From a virus (taxonomy: Duplodnaviria; Caudoviricetes): a stretch of 34,646 nt of DNA. Under the pieces are notes generated by a model. The model saw only the letters and a program-made list of their open reading frames with translations. It searched no databases and was not told the DNA's origin. The stretch spans positions 1 to 34,646 of the IMG/VR virus record IMGVR_UViG_3300042393_000897, one strand, 5' to 3'. The translations under genes were made by a program, and so were the position numbers. Positions 1 to 7,857 of the stretch are shown piece after piece. How positions within the stretch are numbered: the first letter of the stretch is position 1; every line of letters starts with the position of its first letter.

Positions 1-21
1 AGCAGTGCTTGCCTCCACCAT

Positions 22-130
22 GGCAGCACACCTACCCACCACCAGGGCAGCACACCTACCCACCACCAGGGCAGCACACCTACCCACCACCAGGGCAGCA
101 CACCTACCCACCACCAGGGCACCACACCTA
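22..130. repeat. 24-bp tandem repeat (GGCAGCACACCTACCCACCACCAG) x4 plus a partial fifth copy
   Basis: Identical units at 22-45, 46-69, 70-93 and 94-117; degenerate partial copy at 118-130; no spacers. Confidence 0.97.
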
Positions 131-234
131 ATGAATGCCGATTAACCCGGGTTCATACAGGCGAGGCCGTGCAGATCGAATGCCGATTTATCCCAACTCA
201 CAACAGCAGCGGCCAACGGCTACCAGGTCGCTCT

Positions 235-283
235 GGGTCCCTCCCTGGGAAACCGGGCTACCGGGGGCGGCGCCGAGCCCGGT
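235..283 (+). other. Putative lambda-like cos site (cosQ + cosN)
   Basis: GGGTCCC at 235-241 (lambda cosQ is GGGTCCT). GGGCGGCGCCGA at 265-276 matches lambda GGGCGGCGACCT at 9/12 and lies 23 nt downstream, the lambda spacing. Flanking inverted repeat ACCGGGCT/AGCCCGGT. The phage encodes a gpA-type terminase. Confidence 0.7.
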
Positions 284-323
284 ATTCGAGAAGTTTCATC
301 CGCTCCCATGGGCACCCCACAGC

Positions 324-336
324 TAAATTGCTGATT
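324..336 (-). promoter_or_regulatory. IHF-binding consensus next to cos
   Basis: Minus strand reads AATCAGCAATTTA, matching WATCARNNNNTTR; position is analogous to the IHF site in lambda cosB. Confidence 0.55.
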
Positions 337-390
337 CATAAGGGGTTTCACGAACGGCGTTTTTTCGGAATTCAGCTTTAGGCGCCTCTA

Positions 391-547
391 GCACGCGAAT
401 GACGTGCTTCAGCCGTTCATGTTGCACGCGAGTGACGTGCTTCACGGCAGATGTTGTTGCACGGGAGTGACGTGCCACAACAGGCAAAAAGAACCCGGCA
501 TAAGCCGGGCTAAAGAGGGTTTCGGTTGTTACACGTCAGTGACGTGC
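391..547. repeat. Four 17-bp palindromic sites GCACG-N7-CGTGC (candidate protein-binding / cosB-like R sites)
   Basis: GCACGCGAATGACGTGC 391-407, GCACGCGAGTGACGTGC 424-440, GCACGGGAGTGACGTGC 459-475, ACACGTCAGTGACGTGC 531-547. Confidence 0.85.
486..509 (-). terminator. Intrinsic terminator ending the leftward operon
   Basis: Stem CCCGGC-ATAA-GCCGGG with an A-rich run on its left (U-tract on the minus strand). Confidence 0.7.
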
Positions 548-549
548 GG

Positions 550-690
550 CTAAGATTTGTGGAGTAGAAAATTGAGTTTCCCGATTAGGCAAATCCAATC
601 GCCGTTGCCATCCCGGACGGTTTGCTGAAGAGGTTTGGCAGAATCACACGCCCATGCGAAACGACCTCGCTTCCACCAGTACCAACGCAT
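550..690 (-). CDS. Small hypothetical protein (46 aa, MRWYWWKRGRFAW...)
   Basis: Read by hand, below the ORF-track cutoff. ATG is 1 nt after the HU stop and the ORF ends just before the terminator. Confidence 0.45.
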   Translation of the reverse strand: MRWYWWKRGRFAWACDSAKPLQQTVRDGNGDWICLIGKLNFLLHKS

Positions 691-691
691 C

Positions 692-964
692 TCAGTTCAC
701 CGCTTCCAGCAACTTGCTGCCGGCCTTGAATTTCACGGTGGTCTTCGCCGGCACGTCGATGTCTTTCCCGGTTTGAGGGCTGCGCATCGTGCGGGCTGCT
801 CGGACCACTGAGCTGAAGCTGCCGAAGCCGACGATCCGTACTTCGTTGCCGTTGGACAGCTCGGTGACCAGGCCCTGCAGAACGGCGTCGACGGTACGCG
901 CAGCGTCTGCTTTGCTGCAGCAGGTTTGATCGGCAATCGTGTTGATCAGGTTTTGCTTGGACAT
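692..964 (-). CDS. HU/IHF-family histone-like DNA-binding protein
   Basis: 90 aa with MSKQNLI..., GFGSF, RAARTMRSPQTGKDIDVPA, KFKAGSKL (HU signature); GGAG RBS. Confidence 0.95.
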   Translation of the reverse strand: MSKQNLINTIADQTCCSKADAARTVDAVLQGLVTELSNGNEVRIVGFGSFSSVVRAARTMRSPQTGKDIDVPAKTTVKFKAGSKLLEAVN

Positions 965-1000
965 GGTGTTTCTCCGTTGGGGATGTTGCGGGTTGATTGA

Positions 1001-1138
1001 TTAGCGGCTCAGCAATGTACCTATCGCGTAGTAGGTTATTACCATCGAGACCAGTTGCAGGAGGATCGGGGATTTCATGTTGCAGAGTCCGACAACCCCC
1101 GCGCAGGTTATGGCAATTCCCGTGTGCATTTTGCTCAT
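1001..1138 (-). CDS. Small hydrophobic membrane protein (45 aa)
   Basis: MSKMHTGIAITCAGVVGLCNMKSPILLQLVSMVITYYAIGTLLSR; ATGA overlap with the upstream gene's stop; two hydrophobic segments. Confidence 0.55.
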   Translation of the reverse strand: MSKMHTGIAITCAGVVGLCNMKSPILLQLVSMVITYYAIGTLLSR

Positions 1139-1437
1139 TTGGCGACGTGGAGCGGATCGAGGCGTCGCCCGAGCCAGAGGCCGGCCCCGGCATACTGGTG
1201 AGCCTTGTTGAGGATTGCTGAGCGACCGGCGTTGGACATCAACACCACACCCTTGCGAGTACGCTTGTCGGCAGCATCCTGAATGCGCTCAGCCTGGATC
1301 GGGTCTGCCGGATTGCGCAAAGCCTTGCCGGTTGGGCGCCGGGCAGCACGCGGAACAAAGCGTTCTCCCACTATGGAACCTGAGAACATCGAGGCCAGCG
1401 CCATCATCGTGCTGGTCAGTTTGCTTTTGGTAATCAT
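1135..1437 (-). CDS. Hypothetical phage protein
   Basis: 100-aa ORF with GGAG RBS; the upstream sequence GTGTTTCTCCGTT is shared with the HU gene. Confidence 0.75.
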   Translation of the reverse strand: MITKSKLTSTMMALASMFSGSIVGERFVPRAARRPTGKALRNPADPIQAERIQDAADKRTRKGVVLMSNAGRSAILNKAHQYAGAGLWLGRRLDPLHVAK

Positions 1438-1465
1438 GGTGTTTCTCCGTTACTTGGGTTGGTGT

Positions 1466-1684
1466 TCAAATCAGTTCATCAAATTCGTCAGCTTCAGGCT
1501 CGGGATTGGCCAATTCGGCACCCTCCGGTTTGCTGTACAGCTCAATTTCGTTGCGACCTTCACGCTCGAGCACATCGCCCAGCAACTGGGACCCTTCGTG
1601 CCACTGGAAGACCGCAACTTGGAAGTTCCCCTTGCCCTGGCTGATCTTGGTGCTCAGCAGCTTGGCCAGCTCGATGACGGTCAT
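1466..1684 (-). CDS. Hypothetical protein ending ...ADEFDELI
   Basis: 72 aa, translationally coupled to the upstream gene. Confidence 0.7.
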   Translation of the reverse strand: MTVIELAKLLSTKISQGKGNFQVAVFQWHEGSQLLGDVLEREGRNEIELYSKPEGAELANPEPEADEFDELI

Positions 1685-2115
1685 CAGATAAAATCGTCAA
1701 AGTCACCCAACTCGGGGGTAACCGGATCGACGAATGAGTTGCCGTAAAGGACCGCTTGGAAAAGTGCGATGCGATCGTTTTTCTGCATCAAATTTAGCCG
1801 CTTTGCTACGCAGGTGGCCGCTAGGAATCGGCGGTGGAACTCAGCGTCCTGCGTGATGATCAGGTTCAGATCACGCAGGCTGAATGACTGGAACGTCCCC
1901 TTTCCGCCGAGGTGATCTGCTGGGTCGCAAACCTCGCTCCCGTCAATCCCAAACCCCTGGTCGAGCAGCTCGTTAAACAGGCCGTTTTGCTCGGGGGTGA
2001 TCAGGATCAAAACGTCCTGATCGGTATCGGTAGGAGCTGGGCAACAGGTGGTCCGACTACCGACCAGCGTCAGGCTGACAACCTTGCTCCGCAGACTCCC
2101 AATCAAACTATCCAT
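1684..2115 (-). CDS. Putative Pol-beta-superfamily nucleotidyltransferase-like protein
   Basis: hGS-x10-DxD pattern (LVGSRTTCCPAPTDTDQDVLI); start chosen at MDSLIG after a GAGAGGG RBS. Confidence 0.6.
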   Translation of the reverse strand: MDSLIGSLRSKVVSLTLVGSRTTCCPAPTDTDQDVLILITPEQNGLFNELLDQGFGIDGSEVCDPADHLGGKGTFQSFSLRDLNLIITQDAEFHRRFLAATCVAKRLNLMQKNDRIALFQAVLYGNSFVDPVTPELGDFDDFI

Positions 2116-2221
2116 CTCAAATACCCTCTCTGAACCCACTTTCTGGCCCCGCTGAGGGGCCGCCATTCAATTTTCTCGCTCCACCCCTGATCACCCTACA
2201 GGGTGGGCCGGCACAGACCCC

Positions 2222-2473
2222 TTAAACGCGGCTGTAGACGGCATCGAACTTTTTGACACTGCGACGGGTGATCACGGCAACCGGGCGAACGTAGACCACG
2301 GGAGGTGTCCGGCGAGTCATCGGCACCGTGCAGCCCATCATCGCGTCCAGATCGGTAGCTGCAGCCAGCGCTTTGGCGTGCCGGTGGGTTATCTCGCCGT
2401 CGGGCAATGCCCAGCCGCCGGTGGCGTGAACCGGGATTGTTGCGTTCCCAAAGCGAATGTCTTGCTGCTCCAT
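2222..2473 (-). CDS. Hypothetical phage protein, first gene of the leftward operon
   Basis: 83 aa with GAGGG RBS; TTGACA on the minus strand at 2562-2567 upstream. Confidence 0.7.
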   Translation of the reverse strand: MEQQDIRFGNATIPVHATGGWALPDGEITHRHAKALAAATDLDAMMGCTVPMTRRTPPVVYVRPVAVITRRSVKKFDAVYSRV

Positions 2474-2562
2474 CGGTTTTCCCTCGTTGCGGTAGGTGGT
2501 GCGCCGCTATCCTGTTGACGAAGCGGTTCGTGGTGCGCAGTTTGGCTCCACGTTACTGTGTT

Positions 2563-2579
2563 GTCAACTGTCAGTTGAA
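2563..2579. promoter_or_regulatory. 17-bp palindromic operator-like site overlapping a leftward -35
   Basis: GTCAAC-TGTCA-GTTGAA, the exact reverse complement of the site at 7072-7088. Confidence 0.75.
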
Positions 2580-2598
2580 TAGTAATCGAGAGGTTGAA

Positions 2599-2949
2599 AT
2601 GAAAATTCTTGCTGGAGCACTGGCAATCCTGCTGCTGGCCACCGGATTCATGGGTTGGCGGCTCAAGGTTGCTTGGGAGGATGTGGCCACAGCCCGCGGG
2701 GATGCCCAGCAGGCGCAACAGGTCGCGGGGGAGCAGCGCCAGCAGGCCGAACTGCTCAACCAACGCCTGGTGACCCTGGACAGCACCCTGAAGCTCGTTG
2801 CCGCCGGCACACAGGCCAACAGCGAGCAACTGGATCAAACCGTCGACGCAATCGACGCAATCGGAAAAACCGAAGGAGTTCCCCATGACCAAAGTGTTCT
2901 GTGCCTTGACGTTCGCGTGCCTGTTCAGCTCGATGAGCGGCTGCGCTGA
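2599..2949 (+). CDS. Inner-membrane spanin (Rz-like)
   Basis: N-terminal TM helix (MKILAGALAILLLATGFMGWRLK), Q/A-rich coiled coil, C-terminal Cys; overlaps a lipoprotein gene. Confidence 0.8.
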   Translation: MKILAGALAILLLATGFMGWRLKVAWEDVATARGDAQQAQQVAGEQRQQAELLNQRLVTLDSTLKLVAAGTQANSEQLDQTVDAIDAIGKTEGVPHDQSVLCLDVRVPVQLDERLR

Positions 2950-3196
2950 TCAGACCGTGATCACCAAGACCGAGTACCGCCAAGTCTACGTCCCGGAGAG
3001 TCTGCTGCTGGACTGCCACGTTCCGCAGTGGCAACCCGGAGGGTCGTACCGTGATCTCGCCGTGCTGGCGGTGAAGCGCAAGACCGCTCTGGATGACTGC
3101 AACCTTCGGATGGGTGCCGCCCGGCGCTATCAGGCGGAAATTCGGGCTTCCGAGGCAAACCTAATGACTAATCCTTCCGGTGAGAGAAGTCATTAG
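2885..3196 (+). CDS. Outer-membrane lipoprotein spanin (Rz1-like)
   Basis: Signal peptide with lipobox-like MSGC; P..LLLDC..P and ALDDCN motifs; overlaps the 3' end of the i-spanin. Confidence 0.8.
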   Translation: MTKVFCALTFACLFSSMSGCADQTVITKTEYRQVYVPESLLLDCHVPQWQPGGSYRDLAVLAVKRKTALDDCNLRMGAARRYQAEIRASEANLMTNPSGERSH

Positions 3197-3476
3197 GAAA
3201 GTCATTAGGAAAAATTGTCTTATAAATCATACCCTTACCCTTAAACCTAATTACTAATTACTACTAATGACTAATAATGAGTCTTATACATGAGCGCGCA
3301 TTTTTGTGATGACGCACCCGGTGTGATGACGACGTGATGACACATCACACATTACGCACACATATAGTAGAGTTGTTTCATATTATGTGATTAGTAATTA
3401 GGTTCTGCTCTAAGTCCATGATTTATAAGGAGAATTTTACTAATGTGAACCTAATGACTTCCAACAACGTATTAGG
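3158..3476. other. Probable replication origin: AT-rich symmetric iteron region
   Basis: Repeated CTAAT(G/T)AC units in both orientations. CTTATAAATCAT-N13-AACCTAATTACTAAT (3219-3258) is mirrored at 3390-3429. Central GTGATGAC repeats. Lies directly downstream of the primase-helicase. Confidence 0.7.
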
Positions 3477-3589
3477 TGAACTCCGATTTTTCCGATTTCG
3501 CAGAAAAAGGCAGACAAAAAGAAGCCGCCCTAAGGCGGCCTGAATTCCGATTTTTCCGATTTCGACTGAATTCCGATTTTTCCGATTTC
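3477..3589. repeat. Three 23-bp direct repeats TGAA(C/T)TCCGATTTTTCCGATTTC
   Basis: Copies at 3477-3499, 3541-3563 and 3567-3589. Confidence 0.92.
3516..3539 (-). terminator. Intrinsic terminator for primase-helicase
   Basis: GCCGCC-CTAA-GGCGGC stem with an A-rich run on its left. Confidence 0.7.
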
Positions 3590-6419
3590 AGCGTTTTTTG
3601 CGAATCGGGATCACGTTGTCCATCAGTCCGTCCAAATCATCCAACTCTTCGTGTTGCTCGATCGCCCTTGTGACCCTTTCACGCGCAATTTCCGTCAAAC
3701 GATAGTCACTGGTCAGCAAACCGAGGTCCTGTGTCCAGATGCTGAGGCACCGTGTTTGCCCCCCAATCCAGAAAGTGGTCGCTTTGGCCTTCACAAAACC
3801 GAACGGTTTTAGGAAGTTGGCCACTGCCCGGCTGCGCAGAGCGGGTGCCATATCCTTGCGATCGAGCACGGTGCGGAAGCTGTTCCACACCAACAACTCG
3901 GGTGTGATGGTAGGGTCATCGCGGCTGTCCAGCATGCTCTCCAGCAGTTGACGTTCGTCGCTCTTACCGTCCTCGGCCATGATCTGTTTGAAGATGGTGT
4001 CCGGTGCGCGACCCTGCGGGTCGTAGTTGTCGCTGAACTTGTACTTGGCGAAGGCTTCGACGAACTGCCCCGGACGGCTGTGAATGTGGTCCCACAGGTC
4101 GCGGGTGTAGATGCGACCCTCAGCGGCCAGCAGGTCGCGGTGCCATGCTTTAACCTCGGCGTTGGTGCGGAAGCGGGTGAACAGCACCAGATAGCGGCTG
4201 TTGTCTTCCTCGAGCGGCAGGCAGTCCTCGAAGTTGGTGGTCAGGTACAGGTTGCAGAAGTTCATCACCCGCTCGGTGTCGCGGTTCATGCGGCGGATCG
4301 GGATCACGCCGTTGGTGATCACCGGCTTCAGCTTGTTCAGCACTTCGTGCGCGTCCTTACCCGGCATGCGAATTTCTTCCATCACGCAGAACAGGCGCTC
4401 GTGAGCCCAGCCGTTGAATTTTTCCTTCAACTGGTCGGTGCCGATCAGGCTACAGTTGTGGGCGCCGACTAGGCCGGTGACCAGATCGCTGATCATGGTT
4501 TTACCTTCGTTCTCCGACCCCTTGATCAGCAGCGCGTACTTCAGTTTCTTCTCCGGGAACAGCACGCAGTGAGCGATAAAGTCCATCACCATGGCCCGGT
4601 GTTTCTTCTCCGGGAACAGGTCGGTCAGCAGGCGTTTTAGCAGCTTGACCCCCTCGTTGCCTTTGTAGCCGCCGCTGGCCACAACACCCGGGCGGAACGA
4701 ATTGACGAACAACTGACCCTCGTCCTCAAACAGTGCCGGTTTACCGGGGTAGAAGCGGCTCTTGTATGGCTTAGGGATGTCGAACACGGACAGTGCTGCG
4801 TCCGCCGGCTGGATGATGCTCATGCCGGTGTTGGTCAGGCCGAAGCGCTCGCCCGCCTCGACAGCCAGTAGACCGTTGAAGCCTTCCCGAGGAAGGGTCT
4901 CCTGAGTGTCCATGTTGAGGAACTTGTTCTCGGCGGCCAGGTACACCCAAGGCTTCATCCAAGCGGGTAGTTCTTCACCCTTCGCTTGATCACGCAGGTT
5001 CTCGAAAGTCGGCGCCAGCATCTTCCGGGCGGTGGCCTTGGTGATCTTCTCACCGGTCAGCTCGGTGAACTTCTTCTGCACGTCGGCCGACACCAAGTCA
5101 CGGTGCAGCTCGCGGAAATCTGAGGTTGGGAATGCCCGGATGATCTCTAGCCGGCGGTCGAGGTCGTCCAAACTGGTGGCCTTGGCGATGCTCAGGCGCA
5201 CGCGGCGCAGCACCAGCTCGATCGAAGCGCCTTTCTTGGTGGCAACCGGGTCGCCGATCAGCTCGTCGACTTCACCCTCATCTTCGTCGTCGAAATCGTC
5301 ACCCAGCGCATCGAGCGCATCGAGCATGCTGCGGTTCTTCTCTTCGGCGATCTCAGCTTCGACCTCGGCCAACATCTCGCGCACTTCTTTGCGCTCGAGC
5401 ATGAAATCACTCATCGCCAAGTAGGATGGCCACTCCACCGGCGACAGGTTGTCGGTGTCGTAGTCGTCGTCGAGCTGGCGGAACAGGTGGATGCGCCCCA
5501 AGTCGAAGGTGTTGTGCTGGCCAACCGCCGCATCGGAGCCGTGATCGGAGTGAATGAAGGCGTCGTCGTAGACCCGGACACTCGGTGCGCCGGTGGAACC
5601 TGCCGGGAAGTAGCGATCGCCGGAGGCGCTGTACACGTCGCCCAAGAACTCTTCGATGAAGTCATACGGCGTGAACGCCCGGTGCACAGCTGCGATGATC
5701 GGCGCCTGGGTCTTCTTGTCCTCCGGGTGAGTCATCTTGCGACCCGGGACATAAACGCTGACGTTCTCTTTGGCTTTGCGCGGCCAACTGCTGGCGTCGT
5801 CGTCCGGGTATTTGGCCAAGGCCACGTCCGGGTTGAAGAATGTCCCATCGACGGAGGTGAAGTGGTAACCCTGATCGGCGCTGACTGACGGAAAGTACAT
5901 GCCCTGTGCGGGTGTGTAGCTCTCGCGGGCCACGGCGGTCATAGACTCGTCCAGCATCTCAGCTAAGTAGCGCGCCACGGGCTCGTATTCAGCCGGAGTG
6001 ACCTCGCGGGACAGCGGCAGCAGGATACGCATCTTCGGCGCGTCGTCCGTGTGCGAACGGGTGCTGTGGATCAGGTAGGTCATGCCTTGGAACGCCGGCA
6101 GCGTGCCCAGCATCTCAAAATCGTCCCACACCGACTGGCAGTGGTCGTCCAGATCGAGGTTGACGATTGAGCGGGAGGCCAGACTGTCGTCCTTACGGCG
6201 ACCGTCGTTGCAGCGACCGCCGAAGAACAGGCCGGTGTTCTTGCTGTGTGCCCGATCCTTCGGCAGCATCGACTGATACTGGGCGCTGGTGATCTTCCGG
6301 CGGGTTGGTTCACGGAATAGGTCGACGATTTCGGACCAGCTCGACTCGCGTGTTTCAATTACGCCCCGGTCGGCTGCTGTGGTGCGTCCGTAAACGAGGT
6401 TGCGATCTTCGATGCTCAT
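3588..6419 (-). CDS. Primase-helicase (AEP-type primase N-terminus + DUF5906/SF3-type NTPase)
   Basis: LDLD and HSTRSH primase motifs; Walker A GSENEGKT; VMEEI Walker B; YLTTN motif C. Confidence 0.9.
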   Translation of the reverse strand: MSIEDRNLVYGRTTAADRGVIETRESSWSEIVDLFREPTRRKITSAQYQSMLPKDRAHSKNTGLFFGGRCNDGRRKDDSLASRSIVNLDLDDHCQSVWDDFEMLGTLPAFQGMTYLIHSTRSHTDDAPKMRILLPLSREVTPAEYEPVARYLAEMLDESMTAVARESYTPAQGMYFPSVSADQGYHFTSVDGTFFNPDVALAKYPDDDASSWPRKAKENVSVYVPGRKMTHPEDKKTQAPIIAAVHRAFTPYDFIEEFLGDVYSASGDRYFPAGSTGAPSVRVYDDAFIHSDHGSDAAVGQHNTFDLGRIHLFRQLDDDYDTDNLSPVEWPSYLAMSDFMLERKEVREMLAEVEAEIAEEKNRSMLDALDALGDDFDDEDEGEVDELIGDPVATKKGASIELVLRRVRLSIAKATSLDDLDRRLEIIRAFPTSDFRELHRDLVSADVQKKFTELTGEKITKATARKMLAPTFENLRDQAKGEELPAWMKPWVYLAAENKFLNMDTQETLPREGFNGLLAVEAGERFGLTNTGMSIIQPADAALSVFDIPKPYKSRFYPGKPALFEDEGQLFVNSFRPGVVASGGYKGNEGVKLLKRLLTDLFPEKKHRAMVMDFIAHCVLFPEKKLKYALLIKGSENEGKTMISDLVTGLVGAHNCSLIGTDQLKEKFNGWAHERLFCVMEEIRMPGKDAHEVLNKLKPVITNGVIPIRRMNRDTERVMNFCNLYLTTNFEDCLPLEEDNSRYLVLFTRFRTNAEVKAWHRDLLAAEGRIYTRDLWDHIHSRPGQFVEAFAKYKFSDNYDPQGRAPDTIFKQIMAEDGKSDERQLLESMLDSRDDPTITPELLVWNSFRTVLDRKDMAPALRSRAVANFLKPFGFVKAKATTFWIGGQTRCLSIWTQDLGLLTSDYRLTEIARERVTRAIEQHEELDDLDGLMDNVIPIRKKR

Positions 6420-6628
6420 GCAGCACTCCCTTGCTTGGTGGTTACCGGGTCGAGCAACTGCAGCTTGAGCAGCTTGAGCAGGGAGTCCGGGATTGAGGGG
6501 CCGTGTTCAGACCTCCACATGCGGACGGTCTTCGGCTTGCGTTCGAGTAATTTTGCGACATCGGCGATGCGTAGCTGGTTGGCGGACATGATGTCCTTCA
6601 GCTCGATCGTATTGGGTAGAGGTGCCAC
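6416..6628 (-). CDS. Small HTH DNA-binding protein
   Basis: IADVAKLLERKPKTVRMW helix-turn-helix; ATGA overlap with primase. Confidence 0.75.
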   Translation of the reverse strand: MAPLPNTIELKDIMSANQLRIADVAKLLERKPKTVRMWRSEHGPSIPDSLLKLLKLQLLDPVTTKQGSAA

Positions 6629-6658
6629 AGCGACTTCCTTATGTGTCCTAGTTATAGG

Positions 6659-6722
6659 ACAAGGTTACGCTTGTGCAGAGGGGGAGTGCAACAGCCGGCT
6701 GAAATGACAACCGACTGTTGAA
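6659..6722 (-). promoter_or_regulatory. Leftward promoter with two operator-like 17-mers
   Basis: Minus strand TTGCAC-N18-TAACCT; sites TGCAAC-AGCCG-GCTGAA (6687-6703) and GACAAC-CGACT-GTTGAA (6706-6722). Confidence 0.5.
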
Positions 6723-6968
6723 TCAGAAAACGAAGGGGTGGAACTCGGAGATAGCTACAGAGCAACCGGGAAGCGCGACAATTTTTGTCACGAATTTTGG
6801 CGGAATCTTTTTTTCTTCGATCCAGCGATAGACGTACTGGTGACTGATGCCCAGTGCCTTTGCCAGCGCGGGGATGCTTCGAGTGCCCTTCTCGTTTGGA
6901 GGGCACGCCTTCAGGAGTAGGTCGTGCAGCTCGCCCAGCTCCTTATAGCGGCTTGGTTCGTTGCTCAT
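6723..6968 (-). CDS. Cro-like HTH protein
   Basis: SIPALAKALGISHQYVYRWIEEKKIP; divergent from the replication operon. Confidence 0.8.
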   Translation of the reverse strand: MSNEPSRYKELGELHDLLLKACPPNEKGTRSIPALAKALGISHQYVYRWIEEKKIPPKFVTKIVALPGCSVAISEFHPFVF

Positions 6969-7071
6969 TTTGGGTGCCGTTCATCTGTTTGTGGAATTGC
7001 TGCCATCATAGTTATCTGTATGAAAATCGCGCAACCGATATTTGCGACACGAAGCAACACGCAGAATAATT

Positions 7072-7114
7072 TTCAACTGACAGTTGACAACTCAAGTCGT
7101 GGTGAGGCTAAATT
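7072..7114 (+). promoter_or_regulatory. Rightward promoter with overlapping 17-bp palindrome
   Basis: TTCAAC-TGACA-GTTGAC (7072-7088) overlaps TTGACA (7084-7089); TAAATT at 7109-7114 (19-nt spacer, longer than usual). Confidence 0.6.
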
Positions 7115-7165
7115 CGTCCCACGCCGACCAACACGGTTCGGAAAACGCCAACACTGGAGAACACG

Positions 7166-7816
7166 ATGGACTTGAAACTTACGATTGCACTTAACCCGGA
7201 AGCACTTTCCGCCATTCACGACTTGACCGCAGCGATTCGCTCGATCGGCGGCGCGGGTCAAACCGCAGCCACAGCGATCAATGTGCTGGGTGCCGCTGCC
7301 GAAGAATCCAAGGGCACTACTGCTGACGAGGGTCCGTTCTTCTGGGCCGACGAGAGCACCGGCTTCTTCGGTGAAGCCCCTAGCCTGGCGGCCTACAACA
7401 AGCTGAAGAAGAAAGACGCAGGCGTGTACCGCATCACCGACAGCATCCACGCCAGCAAGGTTGAAGCGCTGCGTGAGAAAAACGAAGCCGATGCTGCTGC
7501 CAAAAAAGCTGCCGACGCTAAAAAGGTCGCCGACAAGAAGCCCGCAGCCAAGTCCAACGATGACGCTCCGACTGTCGAAGACCTGATCGCGGTGTTCTCG
7601 GCCTACCTGCCGAAGGACCTCGATGCTGCCGAGCGCAAAGTGCGCCACGGCTTCGTCAAACCGTTGCTCGAGCGCTTCGGTGCGGCCAAGGCCAGCGAAC
7701 TGGCTGAAGAGCATCGTGCTCTGGCGATCAACCTCGTCCAGCGCAAGATGGCGGGCGACGACATCGACCCTGCTGACGCTGAGTTTGAAGCGATCGACGA
7801 AGACGGTCTGGTCTAA
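7166..7816 (+). CDS. Hypothetical Ala/Lys-rich protein of the replication operon
   Basis: 216 aa, GGAG RBS, typical position upstream of DUF2800. Confidence 0.85.
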   Translation: MDLKLTIALNPEALSAIHDLTAAIRSIGGAGQTAATAINVLGAAAEESKGTTADEGPFFWADESTGFFGEAPSLAAYNKLKKKDAGVYRITDSIHASKVEALREKNEADAAAKKAADAKKVADKKPAAKSNDDAPTVEDLIAVFSAYLPKDLDAAERKVRHGFVKPLLERFGAAKASELAEEHRALAINLVQRKMAGDDIDPADAEFEAIDEDGLV

Positions 7817-7857
7817 GTCACTGGCGGGAGCCTTCGGGCTCCCCACTGGAGAACGAT

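Noticed and set aside
22-130. CRISPR array or Chi-site array
   Set aside because: Units are contiguous with no spacers. The minus-strand CCTGGTGG is one mismatch from E. coli Chi and is on the wrong strand for RecBCD entering from the nearby cos end.
585-1193. 202-aa minus-strand ORF overlapping HU
   Set aside because: Low-complexity alternative frame; the region is better explained by HU and two coupled small ORFs.
3476-3673. ORF with NSDFSDF repeats
   Set aside because: It is only the translation of the 23-bp DNA repeats and overlaps the primase end and terminator.
7826-7843. Terminator between 7166-7816 and DUF2800
   Set aside because: Strong GGGAGCC-TTCG-GGCTCCC hairpin but no U-tract; more likely an mRNA stability or processing hairpin.
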